Source: Methanococcus maripaludis
Lineage (GTDB): Archaea; AGJL01; Methanococci; Methanococcales; Methanococcaceae
Assembly (NCBI RefSeq): GCF_002945325.1
Contig: NZ_CP026606.1
Span: forward strand, 1-32,000
Length of the DNA: 32,000 nucleotides
Reading direction: 5' to 3'
The position numbers and the translations under genes were made by a program. This document shows positions 29,425-32,000 of this stretch, in pieces. The notes under the pieces are model-generated. The model had not been told where the DNA came from and did not search any database. It was given only the letters and a program-made list of their open reading frames with translations. Each line of letters opens with the position of its first letter. The first letter of the stretch is position 1.

Positions 29425-29444
29425 GTAGTATTAAGACACTACAA
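29425..29444. promoter_or_regulatory. Perfect 6-8-6 dyad TGTAGT-N8-ACTACA downstream of TATA-like sequence
   Basis: Arms 29425-29430 and 29439-29444; TATA-like aaaatatatatacta at 29401-29415. Confidence 0.4.
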
Positions 29445-29524
29445 TAAACTATATTTAATATCTGTTAAATGATCAGGATTTAGATTTTGTAACCCAAATT
29501 AAATGAATTTACACGGGTGATAAT

Positions 29525-30532
29525 TTGGTAGTCTGCCAAAAAGAATTTACAAACTTATATTTTAAGCATACGTACCCCCAGTACTGGAACCGTATAATTG
29601 AGAAATATGGTTTAAAACCAGTTAATACCAACGAATTTACGGACATTTCCCCCCACAGATTTATTGGAATTTTAGGGGACTTTATTTCGAAAAATATTAC
29701 TACAGGCCCATGTCTTTTAACACATCAGGAAATTAAAAGTTTAAATTATAACACTACTCCCGAAGAAGTTTTAAAAATGCTTCTAAGGCATCCAACACTC
29801 GAAGATTATGTTTCAATTGCCGTTGAAACTAAAGGGGAATTTAAAACGAATATTATACTTGAAACTTATGAATATGCTAAATTAATTGAATATAAAACAA
29901 AAATAAGCTTTGAAGAAGCATTAACCCTTACAAAACAATCTGCAGAAAATCTTATACGATATTATGATAAAAAACTCGGCCAAAAACATATAACATATCA
30001 TTTAACTCATAAAAATTCAGAAGATATTCGTTTAAGGGAATTATCTTCAGAATTTAAAACTTACTTTTTAAATAATGCGAATTTATCAAAAAAAGCAAAA
30101 GAAATTATTCAAGAGAATCCTGAAGAAAGTACATGGCTTAGAATCAAAGCATCATTCCTTCCAGAATTTGTAAAAAAAGATGAATCAACTATAATTGAAC
30201 CTGCTTCAAGTATTGAAGGCATGATTCATGCATCAATTCTTTCAAATTCCTCAGGAATTGTTACAAGAAGCCCTCAAACTCTAAATAATAAACCTGTAAT
30301 GAATGAGGGGCTTGAAAATGAAATTATATACTTAAATAATGATATTTCAAAAGAATTGAAAAAATTAAACCTTCCAAAAACTAAAAAAACCCAGTATGGA
30401 TGTCCTGCATACAATATCTTTGCATTTTTAGATACCCGCGATATTTCAGAGGTTGAAATAAACTGCAATGATGAAAATGTTGAAAGTTGTATTTTCAATC
30501 TAAAAGAAAACTTAGAATCATTTAAGCCCTAG
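29525..30532 (+). CDS. Hypothetical protein, 335 aa
   Basis: Long ORF with TTG start after GGGTGAT; no family recognised. Confidence 0.7.
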   Translation: MVVCQKEFTNLYFKHTYPQYWNRIIEKYGLKPVNTNEFTDISPHRFIGILGDFISKNITTGPCLLTHQEIKSLNYNTTPEEVLKMLLRHPTLEDYVSIAVETKGEFKTNIILETYEYAKLIEYKTKISFEEALTLTKQSAENLIRYYDKKLGQKHITYHLTHKNSEDIRLRELSSEFKTYFLNNANLSKKAKEIIQENPEESTWLRIKASFLPEFVKKDESTIIEPASSIEGMIHASILSNSSGIVTRSPQTLNNKPVMNEGLENEIIYLNNDISKELKKLNLPKTKKTQYGCPAYNIFAFLDTRDISEVEINCNDENVESCIFNLKENLESFKP

Positions 30533-30617
30533 ATTGATTTAAAGCCGATATTTAATATTTTATACTATTTTATATATTTTTAAAAACAGAGTATTATTCA
30601 GAACAGCAGGTGGTTTG

Positions 30618-31520
30618 ATGGTATATGATTTAATTATTATTGGAGGCGGTCCGGCGGGACTTACCGCAGGAATATACGCAATGAGGGCTAAATTAAGTAC
30701 ATTATGCCTTGAAAAACAAAATGAAGGCGGAAAAATTGCAGAAGCGGGGATCGTTGAAAATTATCCGGGTTTTGAATCGATAAAAGGTTTTGAACTTGCA
30801 CAGAAATTTTCAGAACATGCAAAACACTTCGAACTTCCAATAATCCACGAAGAAGTTGAGAAAATAGATACTTCATCAAAACCCTATAAAGTTATTACGA
30901 AACATGAAACCTACGAAGCAAAATCAATAGTAATTGCATCGGGAAGTAGGTACAAAAAGCCAGGATTAAATGAAGACGATTTTATGGGAAAAGGAGTCTG
31001 TTATTGTGTAATGTGTGATGCTTTCTTCTTTTTAAACAAAGAAGTAATCGTGCTTGGAAGGGGTACTTCTGCGATAATGGCAGCATATAACTTAAAAGAT
31101 ATTGCCAAAAAAATAACGATAGTTACAGACAGGTCCGAATTAAAGGCAGTCGAAAAGATAATGGAAGACAGGATGAACCTAATGAATAATCTTGAAATAG
31201 TTCTTAATGCAGAACCAATCGAGATTGTTGGAAAAGAAAAAGCAGAAGGTGTTAAAGTTTCAATAGCTGGAGAAGAAAAGATTATTTCTGCTGATGGAAT
31301 ATTTATAAGCTTTGGGTACGTTCCAAATACTGAATTTTTGGATGGAAGCAAAATAAAACTTAATAAAAGAAAATTTATTGAAACGGATGAAAACTGTAAA
31401 ACTAGCGTAGAGGGAATTTATGCTTGTGGTGACGTTACAGGCGGAATTTTGCAGGTTTCAAAGGCAGTTGGTGAAGGAGTTACTGCATTTACCGGCGCAT
31501 TAAGCAGCATTCAAAAATAG
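30618..31520 (+). CDS. trxB: Thioredoxin reductase-like flavoprotein
   Basis: [29 protein letters not shown] (CxxC), [14 protein letters not shown] 30618 after GGTGG. Confidence 0.9.
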   Translation: MVYDLIIIGGGPAGLTAGIYAMRAKLSTLCLEKQNEGGKIAEAGIVENYPGFESIKGFELAQKFSEHAKHFELPIIHEEVEKIDTSSKPYKVITKHETYEAKSIVIASGSRYKKPGLNEDDFMGKGVCYCVMCDAFFFLNKEVIVLGRGTSAIMAAYNLKDIAKKITIVTDRSELKAVEKIMEDRMNLMNNLEIVLNAEPIEIVGKEKAEGVKVSIAGEEKIISADGIFISFGYVPNTEFLDGSKIKLNKRKFIETDENCKTSVEGIYACGDVTGGILQVSKAVGEGVTAFTGALSSIQK

Positions 31521-31536
31521 TAAAGATGTGTTAATT

Positions 31537-31884
31537 ATGAAACATTTCTTAAATTTTTTAGTAGTTATACTTTTAATCGTATCTGCAGGATGTATTTCAA
31601 CCGAAAAAACAGATTTAGATATGAATGGGCAAAACCTGATGATTGAATTTTATTCTACAACTTGTCCCGCGTGCGAAGAACTTTCACCCCATATTGATGA
31701 ACTTGAGGATGAAGGATACAATATATCCAGAATAAATGTAAATGAAAACGGTCAGATGGCTATAAATTATGGTATAAACCTTGTACCAACTGTAGTTTTC
31801 ATTAAAAATGGAGAAGAAGTTGATAGGGTAATTGGAAATCAGCCTGAAGTAATAAAATCGAAAGCAGAAGAATATTTTAAATAA
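31537..31884 (+). CDS. Thioredoxin-like lipoprotein
   Basis: Lipobox LIVSAGC; FYSTTCPACEELSPHIDEL (CPAC), NLVPTVVFIKNGEEVDRVIG. ATG 31537 preferred over GTG 31528. Confidence 0.85.
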   Translation: MKHFLNFLVVILLIVSAGCISTEKTDLDMNGQNLMIEFYSTTCPACEELSPHIDELEDEGYNISRINVNENGQMAINYGINLVPTVVFIKNGEEVDRVIGNQPEVIKSKAEEYFK

Positions 31885-31903
31885 TATTTAAATTTGTGAT
31901 TTT

Positions 31904-32000
31904 ATGGATCTTTTTTTAATCTTTTTGGCAGGAATCTCAACTGCGCTTGGACCTTGCATTGTAACGGTTTTACCATTTGTTTTAGCTTATACTTTTGGAA
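31904..32000 (+). CDS. CcdA/DsbD-like membrane protein, truncated by window end
   Basis: MDLFLIFLAGISTALGPCIVTVLPFVLAYTFG...; first-helix GPC...P pattern and redox gene context. Confidence 0.7.
   Translation, partial: MDLFLIFLAGISTALGPCIVTVLPFVLAYTFG

Noticed and set aside
1-32000. Search for CRISPR arrays, tRNA cloverleafs, IS elements or long repeats
   Set aside because: None seen by eye; only short dyads and a single 11-bp tandem repeat. A tRNAscan-SE, CRISPR finder and self-alignment run would be needed to exclude them formally.

Overview
The window looks like a piece of a Methanococcus (M. maripaludis-like) chromosome: AT-rich, gene-dense, with archaeal GGTGAT/GGAG-type ribosome-binding sites. 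No CRISPR array, rRNA, confident tRNA or transposon was seen. The centrepiece is a complete acetyl-CoA decarbonylase/synthase (CODH/ACS) operon on the + strand, in the order cdhA, cdhB, cdhC, cooC-like, cdhD, cdhE, CooF-like polyferredoxin (about 6.4-14.5 kb). It is surrounded by likely maturation genes: a 59-aa CooT-like ORF (14557..14736) absent from the supplied ORF track, a second CooC-like ATPase, and two DUF166-like paralogs on either side. Next is an unusual module: a ModA-like binding lipoprotein with no ABC partners, a NapH-like Fe-S membrane protein with a truncated C-terminal Fe-S motif, and a divergent PF03773-like permease. Other contents are dtdA, top6B, a methyltransferase, ksgA, purB, an ATP-dependent DNA ligase, hisD, the KEOPS subunit gene cgi121, cobA, an FmdE-like protein, an aquaporin/DUF2180/DUF2193 operon, an orphan 335-aa gene, and a thioredoxin reductase/thioredoxin lipoprotein/CcdA-like redox cluster. 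The best leads are the overlooked CooT ORF with the paired DUF166 genes, the ModA/NapH/permease module, the aquaporin/DUF2193 operon with its structured leader, and short dyads in the cdhA and orphan-gene promoters. All family calls are from motif recognition; no database search was run.
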